Virus record (IMG/VR): IMGVR_UViG_2061766007_001711
Source of the DNA: an uncultured virus (IMG/VR IMGVR_UViG_2061766007_001711)
Taxonomy: Duplodnaviria > Heunggongvirae > Uroviricota > Caudoviricetes
DNA length: 21,905 nucleotides
Direction: 5' to 3' (one strand)
This document shows positions 7,146-17,301 of the stretch, one piece after another. The translations under genes were made by a program, and so were the position numbers. Numbering within the stretch: the first letter of the stretch is position 1; the number at the start of each line of letters is the position of its first letter. The notes beneath the pieces are model-generated. The model was not told the origin of the DNA and did not search any database. It saw only the letters and a program-made list of their open reading frames with translations.

Positions 7146-7592
7146 GTGAAGACATATCGCAAGCCGACAGAAAAATCCTTGAAGAACCTCCGGCGCATCA
7201 CGTCGGAGCAGGCTCGCGAAATGCAAAAAATATCTACCGCAAAACGAAGGCAGAACCGCGAAGAAGCGCTCACCCGCGACACGTTCAAGCAGGAAATTAC
7301 ACGCGCGCTCGGCATGAAGCTACTCGTCACGCCGTCGATGCGAGAATCGTTCCGAAAGTTGGGCGTGGAACTTGACGATTCGGAATCAGCCACCCGTCTT
7401 TCTTTCCGGCGGGCAGTCACGAAGGCTGTAAAGGACGGAGACATAAAGCAGATTTTGATGCTGGCCGAGTTCGCAGGCTTCCGTAACGACCAGGAAGAGT
7501 CAGAACCGCCCAACGGCGGCAAGATTGTCTTCGAGGTGCAAGTACCGACTCCTATTCCGAAGGAGGTGCAGGATGCCTTCCGAACAAAGTAG
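7146..7592 (+). CDS. terS: Putative terminase small subunit, type A (148 aa)
   Basis: Overlaps the terL start; N-terminal KNLRRITSEQAREMQKIS..KRR motif; GGAGG RBS before GTG. Confidence 0.7.
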   Translation: MKTYRKPTEKSLKNLRRITSEQAREMQKISTAKRRQNREEALTRDTFKQEITRALGMKLLVTPSMRESFRKLGVELDDSESATRLSFRRAVTKAVKDGDIKQILMLAEFAGFRNDQEESEPPNGGKIVFEVQVPTPIPKEVQDAFRTK

Positions 7593-8207
7593 CATCAAGA
7601 TTTCGCCGTTCCAGCAGAAGCTCATCTTTTCTGAAAACGAGTTTGTCCTGGCCTGCTGCGGTCGAGCCGCCGGAAAGACCGAAGGAGTATGCGGTCGCCT
7701 CGCCTACCGCAACGTCAATTTTGGCCGTTCTGCGATGCTCATCGCGCCTACATTCGGAGTGATACGTGAGACGATCATGCCCGCCACAATCGAGTGGTTT
7801 AAAAAATTTGGAGTCAAGACAAAGCCGAACTTTTCGGAGCATACGATAACGACACGCTACGGGAAAATCGTGTTCCTCTCCGGTACGCGCCCGGACAGTC
7901 CGCGCGGCTACACCAACCTCGAGGACTTCTACTGCGACGAGGCCGCCTACGTCCCGAAGAAGGCCATCAAGAACGGCCTACTCGCCTGCCGNNNNNNNNN
8001 NCCGAAGAAGGCCATCAAGAACGGCCTCCTCGCCTGCCGTTCCAACAAGGGCCTATCAACGACACAGTGCTACACATCCACGGGCCTCGCCGGTTCCTAC
8101 TTCAACAAGATGGCGAAACAGCCCCCGGTCGCCGACAACCTGGTCCTCACCGCTTCCACGTTCGACAACCCGTTCACCACGGCGCAGTACAAGCGCACCG
8201 TCTACGA
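7573..8207 (+). CDS. terL: Terminase large subunit, ATPase domain, allele A (partial, internal gap)
   Basis: Walker A GRAAGKT, Walker B DFYCDEAAY, motif III YTSTG and STFDNPF; AGGAGG RBS. Confidence 0.9.
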
Positions 8208-8217
8208 NNNNNNNNNN

Positions 8218-8266
8218 TCCCGACCCCATCCCGCAAGAGGTGAAGGATGCAATGGGGCAAGGCTAA
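8218..8266 (+). CDS. terS: C-terminal end of type B small terminase (PDPIPQEVKDAMGQG*)
   Basis: Aligns with the type A tail PTPIPKEVQDAFRTK* and continues in frame from ...VFEVQVP at 11183. Confidence 0.7.
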
Positions 8267-8587
8267 AGACGAGAACCTCCGCATCTCGCCGTTCCAGCAG
8301 AAGCTCATCTTCGCCGAGAACGAGTTCGTGCTCGCCTGCTGCGGGCGCGCGTCCGGCAAGACTTCCGGCGTCACCGGGCGCATGGCCTATCGCAACGTGA
8401 ACTACGGACGCTCCGCGATGCTCATCGCCCCGACATTCGGGCTCATACGCGAGACCATCATGCCCGCGACCCTCGAATGGTTCGACAAGTTTCACGTGAA
8501 AACGAAGGCGAACCTCACCGAGCACACGATCGAGACGCGCTACGGGAAAATCGTGTTCCTCTCCGGTACGCGCCCGGACAGTCCGCG
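8247..8587 (+). CDS. terL: Terminase large subunit N-terminus, allele B (partial)
   Basis: GRASGKT; close paralog of 7573-7904, identical over the last 50 nt. Confidence 0.9.
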
Positions 8588-9396
8588 NNNNNNNNNNNNN
8601 NNNNNNNNNNNNNNNNNNNNNNNNNNNNNNNNNNNNNNNNNNNNNNNNNNNNNNNNNNNNNNNNNNNNNNNNNNNNNNNNNNNNNNNNNNNNNNNNNNNN
8701 NNNNNNNNNNNNNNNNNNNNNNNNNNNNNNNNNNNNNNNNNNNNNNNNNNNNNNNNNNNNNNNNNNNNNNNNNNNNNNNNNNNNNNNNNNNNNNNNNNNN
8801 NNNNNNNNNNNNNNNNNNNNNNNNNNNNNNNNNNNNNNNNNNNNNNNNNNNNNNNNNNNNNNNNNNNNNNNNNNNNNNNNNNNNNNNNNNNNNNNNNNNN
8901 NNNNNNNNNNNNNNNNNNNNNNNNNNNNNNNNNNNNNNNNNNNNNNNNNNNNNNNNNNNNNNNNNNNNNNNNNNNNNNNNNNNNNNNNNNNNNNNNNNNN
9001 NNNNNNNNNNNNNNNNNNNNNNNNNNNNNNNNNNNNNNNNNNNNNNNNNNNNNNNNNNNNNNNNNNNNNNNNNNNNNNNNNNNNNNNNNNNNNNNNNNNN
9101 NNNNNNNNNNNNNNNNNNNNNNNNNNNNNNNNNNNNNNNNNNNNNNNNNNNNNNNNNNNNNNNNNNNNNNNNNNNNNNNNNNNNNNNNNNNNNNNNNNNN
9201 NNNNNNNNNNNNNNNNNNNNNNNNNNNNNNNNNNNNNNNNNNNNNNNNNNNNNNNNNNNNNNNNNNNNNNNNNNNNNNNNNNNNNNNNNNNNNNNNNNNN
9301 NNNNNNNNNNNNNNNNNNNNNNNNNNNNNNNNNNNNNNNNNNNNNNNNNNNNNNNNNNNNNNNNNNNNNNNNNNNNNNNNNNNNNNNNNNNNNNNN

Positions 9397-9593
9397 GTGA
9401 TGGACGAGGGCTTCTACATCGGCGACACGGACGTGGAGGACGAACTCGTCCCGCAGACATACTTCATGAACCCGCGCGGGCAAATCCAGCTCGTGCCGAA
9501 GAAGTACATCAAGACCGTAATCGGGAAATCCCCCGACCAGGCGGACGCCATGTGCCTCGCCTGCTATCGCGGCGACCCGCAACCTTTACAAAC
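9397..9593 (+). CDS. terL: Terminase large subunit, C-terminal nuclease fragment (misordered)
   Basis: KKYIKTVIGKSPDQADAMCL carries the SPD-x-ADA catalytic motif. Confidence 0.8.
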
Positions 9594-9604
9594 NNNNNNN
9601 NNNC

Positions 9605-10276
9605 ACCCGCCCGGACTCTCCGCGCGGTTACACGAATCTTGAGGACTTTTATTGCGACGAAGCCGCCTACGTCCCGAAGAAGGCCATCAAGAACGGCCTA
9701 CTCGCCTGCCGTTCGAACAAGGGGCTATCCACGACCCAGTGCTACACCTCCACGGGACTCGCCGGTTCATACTTCAACAAGATGGCGAAGGCGCCGCCCG
9801 TCGCCGACCATCTCGTCCTCTCCGCGTCCACATTCGACAACCCGTTCACGACCGCGCAGTACAAGCGCACCGTCTACGAGTCACTCCTCGACACTCCCGC
9901 CTTCCTGAAGCAGGAGCTTTTCGGCGATTTGGACGCCGAGGAACTCAACCTCGTATTCCCGCCCTCGTCATTCGCCACGGTGCGGCGCGTTTCCGGGGGC
10001 CGCAAGCGTTGCGGCATCGACTTCGCATACGAGGGAAACGACACCACCTGCATATTCGTCGTGGACGACTGCGGCATCGTCGAGAAGAAGGTCATAGGCA
10101 AGGATAACGGGCGCCTCGCCTTCGACGCGTTCAAGCGCCTGCACCAGAAGTGGAACTTCGAGTCCCTCTCGCTCGACCATACCGGCGGCTTCGACGCGGG
10201 CTTCGTCGTTCTCATGGAGCAGGAAAAAATCAAGGTCCCCGTCAACCTCGTAAACTTCGGCGCGGCATCGCCCGAC
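9605..10276 (+). CDS. terL: Terminase large subunit, central part (third allele)
   Basis: DEAAY, STG and DNPF, then the RNase H-like CGIDFAYEGNDTT and LSLDHTGG. Confidence 0.9.
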
Positions 10277-10290
10277 NNNNNNNNNNTTTC

Positions 10291-11183
10291 ATGGTAGCGA
10301 GAAACCCGAACAAGACCGAAGCGAGAATCCCCACCAACTCGAGGCACTACAAGCGCAAGACCGACTGCGCCCAGGCGCCCGTCCGGGGAACTTCACGCCT
10401 CGCGCAAAAGTTCATTCCCGAAACCAAGACCTTCAAGGAAAAGCAGGGCTTCCTCGGTCTCAAGGACCGCGACGACAAGCGCCCACTCTGGCAGAAGCTC
10501 ACCGACGTGTACGACTGGCTGTGCGAGAAGTACACCATCGTGTTCAAGCACCGCTCCGAGTGCGTCGACCAGCACGAATACGAGTGTCTCCTCATCACCC
10601 ACTCCGCCATTTCCGACTTCACGGTGGCCGCGTTCATCTACTCGTGCTGCTCCGAGGTCGAGGAGCTTCCCTACGTCCACCACTGCTTCAATCCCATGCG
10701 TTACGCCGAGGACCTCTCCGAAGGACCCGACAAGGAAGCGTTCAAGGACATCGTCGAGAAGATCGAGAAAAAGTTCATTTCCATCAAGANNNNNNNNNNA
10801 CGTTACGCCGAGGACCTCGCCGAAGGCCCCGACAAGGAAAAGTTCAAGGACATCGTCGAGAAGATCGAGAAAAAGTTCATTTCCATCAAGANNNNNNNNN
10901 NGCCGACGGACCCGACAAGGAAGCGTTCAAGGACATCGTCGAGAAGATCGAGAAAAAATTCATTTCCATCAAGAAGGACCTCCGCAAGTACATCGAGAAC
11001 GACGCCTACTTCCTGAACGCGCAGACGCGCTCCCACACAATATGGTTCCTCGAGCACTTCTTCAAGAACGACATCGAGGAGCCCGACGCGCCNNNNNNNN
11101 NNTGAGCACTTCTTCAAGAACGACATCGAGGAACCCGACGCGCCGACATCCGGCAAGGTCGTGTTCGAGGTCCAGGTCCCCGA
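10291..11183 (+). CDS. terS: Putative terminase small subunit, type B (about 232 aa when reconstructed from overlapping allelic pieces plus 8218-8266)
   Basis: Ends NDIEEPDAPTSGKVVFEVQVP, matching type A NDQEESEPPNGGKIVFEVQVP; the rest is dissimilar. The start is uncertain because it lies next to a gap. Confidence 0.65.
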
Positions 11184-11193
11184 NNNNNNNNNN

Positions 11194-11239
11194 CGAATCC
11201 GAGGACGTGACCGTCCCGGCATCCACAAGGAGCTACTAG
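11194..11239 (+). CDS. terL: Probable last codons of terL (ESEDVTVPASTRSY*)
   Basis: Stops 1 nt before the portal ATG and contains the portal RBS; assigned by synteny. Confidence 0.5.
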
Positions 11240-11240
11240 A

Positions 11241-13372
11241 ATGGCAACAGAAGAAATCATCGAAGAAACGGCGGCGGCGTTCCAGCCGCAGGAAGTGAAC
11301 CCGGACGCGCAGCTCCCGGACGCCGAGGAGGAGAAGCGCATCATCGACGAGATGGTCGAACTCGCGGAGAAGTCCTCCGACTTCTTCGGCGTTGAGAACG
11401 AGCGCAAGCGCGACGACGCGCGCGTCTATGCCGACGTGGTCGTGTTCAACGATACCGACACGAAGGCCATGACGAAGAACCGCGCCCTCGCGAGCGTGAA
11501 CCCCCTACCCCTCTACGTCAACGCCGCGAAGAACCTTTTCCTCACGAATCCCTTCGTCTCCCAGGTCGAAGGCAAGAACGGCGACACGTTCCGCGACTTC
11601 CTCGACCAGCAGCTCGTGGAAATCTTCGCGAACTCCGACGCTAACGTGTCCGTTTTCTCCGAGGGCTTGCAGGACATTTTAGAGGAGGGCGGCGGCTTCA
11701 TGTACTTGACGACCGAAGAAGGCCGCATCGAGATTAACCTTGCCTACGAGCCGAGCTCGTGCATCTACGACCCGAACTCCCGCAAGCTGGACGGAAGCGA
11801 CGCGGAATTCTTCGGCATCGTCGAGCAGCTCCCGTACGAACGAGTCAAGGAGATGGCCGAGGCCAACGGCGTCACCATCCCGAGCAAGGACAGAATACAG
11901 CAGACTAAAACGTGGAGCTTCGCGAACTACAACGGGAGCCTCGGCGGCATCAACCTCGTCCACTTCTACAAGCGCGACTCCGAGGGCGTGTGGTTCATCC
12001 AGGTGGTCGGCGACAAGGTAATAAAGCGCGTACTTTTCCGCGGGCTCTCGTGCCTGCCGGTGGTCCCGATTTACGGCCAGCGCTTCAAGGACGACCGCAA
12101 GAAGTTCTACAAGGGCGTGGTGCGCGATACCAAGCACCTCTGCAAGATCGTGAACGGCTGCTACGTTTCGCTGTGGGAACGCGTGAGCGTGCCGAGCGTG
12201 CCTTACACCTCCGTGTCGATGGACTCCATCGAGAACGTGGATGCCGACTACAACAACGACCTCGCACGGTACAAGCGGTACAAGGAATACGTCAAGAAGG
12301 GCGAACAATGGGTGCACCTCGCGGAGCCGAAGCGCGTGGACCCGGTCGTGATGACCGCCGACCTTATCCCCGTCATCAACGACTCCCTCCGTAAGATTTC
12401 GCTCATGATTGGAATCCCGGAAGAAGGGCTAGGATTCAGCGCAGCCTCCGACGCGGTGCAGAAAACCGCCGCCGAGATTCTCACGCGTTCCTCCGCGCTC
12501 GTCACCAACGTGTCGCACTACTACCGCCACTTGCAGCGCTCCATCCAGCACGTCGCCGAGGTCATCGTCGAGATGCTCTGCATCTACAACGGCAGGCCGA
12601 ACGAATACCACGTAAAGCTGCTCAAGGGCCCGGAGGACGCCATCAAGCGCGAACAGCGCCGCCAGCAGATTCTCGCCTTCCAGACGCTCGCCCCGGAAGC
12701 GGTGAAGCCGTTGCTCCTTGCCGAGGCCATCCGCACGGGAGACTTCGAGAACGCCGATGCCATCGCGAACGCGGTGCTCCTCACGCTCCCGCTGGAATTG
12801 AAGCAGGCACTCGACGTGGGCGGCGGCGTGGACGTCGCGGCGCTCTCGGCCCAGGTCGGCGCGCTCACGCAGCAGGCGCAGCANNNNNNNNNNCGGAACT
12901 GAAGCAGGCCCTCGACGTGGGCGGCGGCGTGGATGTCGCGGCGCTCTCGGCCCAGGTCGGCGCGCTCACGCAGCAGGCGCAGCAGCAGGCGCAGCAAATA
13001 GAGGAGTACCGCCGGACCATCGACGCGGACATCATCGCGGGACAGAACCAGCTCGTGATGGCGCGCATGAACAACGAGGCGGCTCTGCGTTCGAAGCTCG
13101 TGGAGCTGGAAGCGAAGGCGGCGGAGAACGAGAAGGACCGCCAGCTCGAACTCCTCAAGATGGAGGGCGACGCTCGCGCGAAGGCCGAGGAGCTGTTCAT
13201 CAAGAGCCGCGAGGCGGAGCAGAAGTTCATCGATAGCACGCGGAAATCCGTCCAGGATGCCGAGCGCCTCCGCATCGAAGCCGAGAAGGCACGGGCGGAA
13301 ATCGTCGGCAAGCTCGGTGCGGTGATTAAAAATACATATACCGACAACCTAACACCGCAGACGGAACTATAA
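11241..13372 (+). CDS. Portal protein, P22-like with C-terminal coiled-coil barrel (about 676 aa after removing the 12793-12883/12894-12984 overlap)
   Basis: Follows terL; IYDPNSRKLDGSDA and LPVVPIYG...GVVRDTK motifs; long Q/E/A-rich helical tail. Confidence 0.85.
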
Positions 13373-13404
13373 AAAATGTCAATATTTGTCAACCAAATAT
13401 GACA

Positions 13405-13451
13405 AAAAGTGACAATGGACGTTTGCATCCGTTGTCACTTTTGATTATTTT
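13405..13451 (+). promoter_or_regulatory. Putative internal promoter TTGCAT-N17-TATTTT overlapped by an 11-bp inverted repeat
   Basis: AAAAGTGACAA (13405-13415) and TTGTCACTTTT (13432-13442) in the AT-rich gap before the scaffold gene. Confidence 0.5.
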
Positions 13452-13472
13452 TATAAAAAACGAGGTGAGACT

Positions 13473-14420
13473 ATGGCATTACCAAGCCAGGAACTATTGG
13501 AAAAGTACCGCGCCGAGGAAAAGGCGGACAAGGGAACACCCGCGAATCCCGAACAAACTAACGCGGAGACGACCGAAACCCAGACGACCGAAACGCCGAC
13601 GGGCGCGCAGGGCGGCGAAGGTGACGGAGCAGCCACTACACCCACGGAAACGACACCCTCCGCCAGCGCAGGCGAGGACGCGGACAAATCCGCGAAGGGC
13701 GACGACAGATGGGAACACGCTCAATCGCAGTGGAAGAAAAGGCTCGACAGACAAGAGCGGGCCCACCGGAAACAAATCGCAGGACTCGAGGCCACGATCG
13801 CGGAACTGAAGAAGCAGGTCGAAGGCAACAAGCCGAAGCTCCAGCGCGAGGACTTTCCGACGGTTGAAGCGTTCGAGAGTTACAAGAACGAGGAACAGAA
13901 GAAGCAGCTCCTCGACGAACTTGAAAAGAGCAACGCCGCCAAGGAAGCCGCCGCAAGGCAGCAGGCCGAAGCGAAGAAGAAGATGGAGGCTACCTTCAAG
14001 ACGCCCGAGGCGCAGAGGGATTTCCAGGACACGATGTCCGACTTCATCGACGACAACAGCGAATGGCTCGAAACCGAGGAAGGCCAGCTCTATCAGGAAA
14101 TCATCGACCAGTCCCCCGTCGGGCTCGTCATGGCGATGGCCATCGCGAAGAACGAAGTGGTGCAGGAACAGATGAAGAAGTGGTCGAAGGACTTGCTTTA
14201 CCAGAAGCTCATGTCGTTCGAAGTAACCCTCATGAACAAGGCCAAGGAGGCTAAAGCAGCCGCCGCGGCCAAGCAGACAACGCCCGCGCAACCCGCCGAG
14301 AAGCAGCCCTCCACGAGCGGCATCCCCTCGACAGGGAGCGTGGGAAAGACACAGGCGCCGCAGACGTTCTCCGCGAAGGATTGGCTCCGCAAGAATCGCC
14401 CCGAGCGCTATCCACGCTAA
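13473..14420 (+). CDS. Capsid scaffolding protein, 315 aa
   Basis: Between portal and coat; disordered acidic N-terminus, coiled coils, KLQREDFPTVEAF motif and basic C-terminal helix. Confidence 0.8.
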   Translation: MALPSQELLEKYRAEEKADKGTPANPEQTNAETTETQTTETPTGAQGGEGDGAATTPTETTPSASAGEDADKSAKGDDRWEHAQSQWKKRLDRQERAHRKQIAGLEATIAELKKQVEGNKPKLQREDFPTVEAFESYKNEEQKKQLLDELEKSNAAKEAAARQQAEAKKKMEATFKTPEAQRDFQDTMSDFIDDNSEWLETEEGQLYQEIIDQSPVGLVMAMAIAKNEVVQEQMKKWSKDLLYQKLMSFEVTLMNKAKEAKAAAAAKQTTPAQPAEKQPSTSGIPSTGSVGKTQAPQTFSAKDWLRKNRPERYPR

Positions 14421-14437
14421 CTAAATGAGGTTTTACA

Positions 14438-15093
14438 ATGGCTAACTCCATTATCACCGTACCCGGCCTCGAAATCTTCGCGGCCGAAATCGAAGAATCC
14501 TGCCCTATCCTTGAAGATTGCCGAACCACCAACAAGGGCCTCCGTGGCCGTGAAGGCGGCAAGCTCAAGGTCGCAATCCCCGACCCGGGCCACACCTTCG
14601 TGAAGAAGGGAGGCATCCCGACCATCGGCGCCGGCGGCGACATCGAAGACCTTTCCGTCAAGGAATTCCAGCGTGAATTCACCGTATGCGTTGCCACCAA
14701 CGCTTGCGCCTTGAGCTCGCTGGAACGCGTAGTCGACATCGACTCCTTCGAAAAGGAAGTCGCAGACCCGCGTTCTCCCGAAATCGGCGCGGGTGTCCAG
14801 GACTACGTCATCGACGCCGGTGGTCTGTACTCCGACTCCGTGTTCGTCGCCGACGGCACGAGCGGCACCTTCAACGGCTACGATTTGCTTTCCGAAATGT
14901 CCGGCTCCCTTTCCGACTCCCGCTGCGCCGGTGAACTCGTCGGCTACATGAGCGGCAAGATCAAGAGCAAGATCACCGCCGGCGGCTTGAAGCTGTTCAA
15001 CGAAAACGCCATCGCAGGCGAACTCTACCGCAAGGCCAAGATTGGCGAATACGCCAACGTCATGTGGAAGAGCACCCCGATGCCTGTCATCTC
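14438..15093 (+). CDS. Major capsid protein, P22 coat-like, N-terminal part
   Basis: MANSIIT start, GGKLKVAIP and LYRKAKIGEYAN motifs, strongly biased codons, position after the scaffold gene. Confidence 0.8.
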
Positions 15094-15103
15094 NNNNNNN
15101 NNN

Positions 15104-15166
15104 CGCGGTGCAGGAACAGATGAAGAAATGGTCGAAGGACCTGCTTTACCAGAAGCTCATGTCGTT
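15104..15166 (+). repeat. Allelic fragment of the scaffold gene (matches about 14157-14219)
   Basis: VQEQMKKWSKDLLYQKLMS with a few SNPs; flanked by 10-N joins. Confidence 0.85.
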
Positions 15167-15176
15167 NNNNNNNNNN

Positions 15177-15516
15177 CGCGACGACCTTGTCCTCGTCCAT
15201 TTCGGATAGGGAGTTCGCCTTGATTTGGTCGCGGCGGGCGCGGAGCTCGTCGTTCTGCGCCTGAAGGTTCGCGATTTTCTTCTTCAGTTCCTCGGCGCNN
15301 NNNNNNNNNNNNNNNNNNNNNNNNNNNNNNNNNNNNNNNNNNNNNNNNNNNNNNNNNNNNNNNNNNNNNNNNNNNNNNNNNNNNNNNNNNNNNNNNNNNN
15401 NNNNNNNNNNNNGTCGGAAAGTGCCATTATTTCGCCCCCATTTCGTCGAGTTCCTTCTGCAAGGCCGCAATCTGCGCCTCGTTTTCCTTTATCTGGTCGT
15501 CAATTTCCGCGATTTC
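15177..15516 (-). CDS. Inverted, misplaced pieces of the ejection-protein cluster (end of the 89-aa gene and start of the following MALSD... gene)
   Basis: 15413-15516 duplicates about 20249-20352; AEELKKKIANLQ... continues ...MAQNR from 20116. Confidence 0.7.
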
Positions 15517-15526
15517 NNNNNNNNNN

Positions 15527-15898
15527 TCGAAGTCCTTGTCACCGGGGAAGGGGATGGAGAGGCCCGAGGCCCACTTCTCGTATTTTGTGCGCTTGGCTTC
15601 GGATTTCTTCTTCGTCTGCTTGGTTTCCTTTTCCTTGTCATCGACGACAATCGACAATCCGGGGACGTTGCGGACTGTTTCGGTTTTTCCGGCCTTGTTC
15701 GCAACATACGGGAAAACGTAGTCGCTCAATTTATTATAGGGGACTACCTCTTTAATATCTTCTATGGCCTGCTGGGCTTTCGACAAGTCCTCGCCGAGCG
15801 TGCGCGCGTTTCGCATACCTCGGCGCCTCATATACCACGGAGTAACGGCGTTTATTGCACCGCCGATTGCAACGTCTCCCGCCGAGAAATCGCTCCTC
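15527..15898 (-). CDS. Internal fragment of a large hypothetical protein (possibly ejection/internal virion), lower GC
   Basis: Frame open across the whole contig (RSDFSAGDVAIGGAINAVTPW...PGDKDF). Confidence 0.5.
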
Positions 15899-15908
15899 NN
15901 NNNNNNNN

Positions 15909-15959
15909 ACTCGCCTCCGCCAACATCACGACCGCCACGACAATCAAGGCAGGCACGGT
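15909..15959 (+). CDS. Coat protein fragment (LASANITTATTIKAGT), allele of about 20001-20051
   Basis: Direct match to the 19935-20105 piece. Confidence 0.6.
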
Positions 15960-16851
15960 NNNNNNNNNNNNNNNNNNNNNNNNNNNNNNNNNNNNNNNNN
16001 NNNNNNNNNNNNNNNNNNNNNNNNNNNNNNNNNNNNNNNNNNNNNNNNNNNNNNNNNNNNNNNNNNNNNNNNNNNNNNNNNNNNNNNNNNNNNNNNNNNN
16101 NNNNNNNNNNNNNNNNNNNNNNNNNNNNNNNNNNNNNNNNNNNNNNNNNNNNNNNNNNNNNNNNNNNNNNNNNNNNNNNNNNNNNNNNNNNNNNNNNNNN
16201 NNNNNNNNNNNNNNNNNNNNNNNNNNNNNNNNNNNNNNNNNNNNNNNNNNNNNNNNNNNNNNNNNNNNNNNNNNNNNNNNNNNNNNNNNNNNNNNNNNNN
16301 NNNNNNNNNNNNNNNNNNNNNNNNNNNNNNNNNNNNNNNNNNNNNNNNNNNNNNNNNNNNNNNNNNNNNNNNNNNNNNNNNNNNNNNNNNNNNNNNNNNN
16401 NNNNNNNNNNNNNNNNNNNNNNNNNNNNNNNNNNNNNNNNNNNNNNNNNNNNNNNNNNNNNNNNNNNNNNNNNNNNNNNNNNNNNNNNNNNNNNNNNNNN
16501 NNNNNNNNNNNNNNNNNNNNNNNNNNNNNNNNNNNNNNNNNNNNNNNNNNNNNNNNNNNNNNNNNNNNNNNNNNNNNNNNNNNNNNNNNNNNNNNNNNNN
16601 NNNNNNNNNNNNNNNNNNNNNNNNNNNNNNNNNNNNNNNNNNNNNNNNNNNNNNNNNNNNNNNNNNNNNNNNNNNNNNNNNNNNNNNNNNNNNNNNNNNN
16701 NNNNNNNNNNNNNNNNNNNNNNNNNNNNNNNNNNNNNNNNNNNNNNNNNNNNNNNNNNNNNNNNNNNNNNNNNNNNNNNNNNNNNNNNNNNNNNNNNNNN
16801 NNNNNNNNNNNNNNNNNNNNNNNNNNNNNNNNNNNNNNNNNNNNNNNNNNN

Positions 16852-17301
16852 GTGAACAACGTCTACTACAAGGTGGGCGTGGAATGGTACTCCCTCGACC
16901 CGGTGCGCCCCGAGACGCTCCCTGCATACGAGGGCGTGGGGACAATCCCGTACAAGTTCTGCTACGAGAAATATTTCGAGGGCAACGACCTCAAGGGCCG
17001 CGTCACCCTCGACCGCACCAGCGGCTACGACATCGAGGCCGTGGTGACGTACGACATGGAGCCGTTCAACGACAACGACGTGCTCACCCTACCGCCTGAA
17101 TTTATAAACCTTCTCACCGCCGACGTGCAGTATCGCTGGGTGTCCAACCTCGCGATTAACGACACGCTCAAGCGCGACAAGAAGGACGAGGTGGACCGCC
17201 TGCTCGAATTCGTGAAGGGTATCGAGACGAAGGCGCTCGACGTTCCGAAGCGCTACCCCAACATGGACGACAAGTTCTACAACGGGGTCGGGAGGCTCTA
17301 A
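16852..17301 (+). CDS. Head-tail adaptor protein (gp4/gp11-type), C-terminal part
   Basis: LTLPPEFINLL...RW motif; TAATG-coupled to the tail hub gene. Confidence 0.6.
   Translation: MNNVYYKVGVEWYSLDPVRPETLPAYEGVGTIPYKFCYEKYFEGNDLKGRVTLDRTSGYDIEAVVTYDMEPFNDNDVLTLPPEFINLLTADVQYRWVSNLAINDTLKRDKKDEVDRLLEFVKGIETKALDVPKRYPNMDDKFYNGVGRL

Noticed and set aside
7573..10276. Tandem duplication or pseudogenisation of terL
   Set aside because: Every break coincides with an N join, differences are largely synonymous, and there are no internal stops. These are allelic assembly bubbles.
10695..10975. CRISPR array or intragenic protein repeat (FKDIVEKIEKKFISIK three times)
   Set aside because: The copies are coding, separated by 10-N joins and lack unique spacers.
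12793..12984. Programmed frameshift in the portal (and in the tail hub at 17710)
   Set aside because: The frame change is explained by duplicated overlap plus an arbitrary 10-N spacer.
8247..17301. Track ORFs spanning long N runs (e.g. 8247-9908, 15421-17301)
   Set aside because: Artefacts of translating through gaps.
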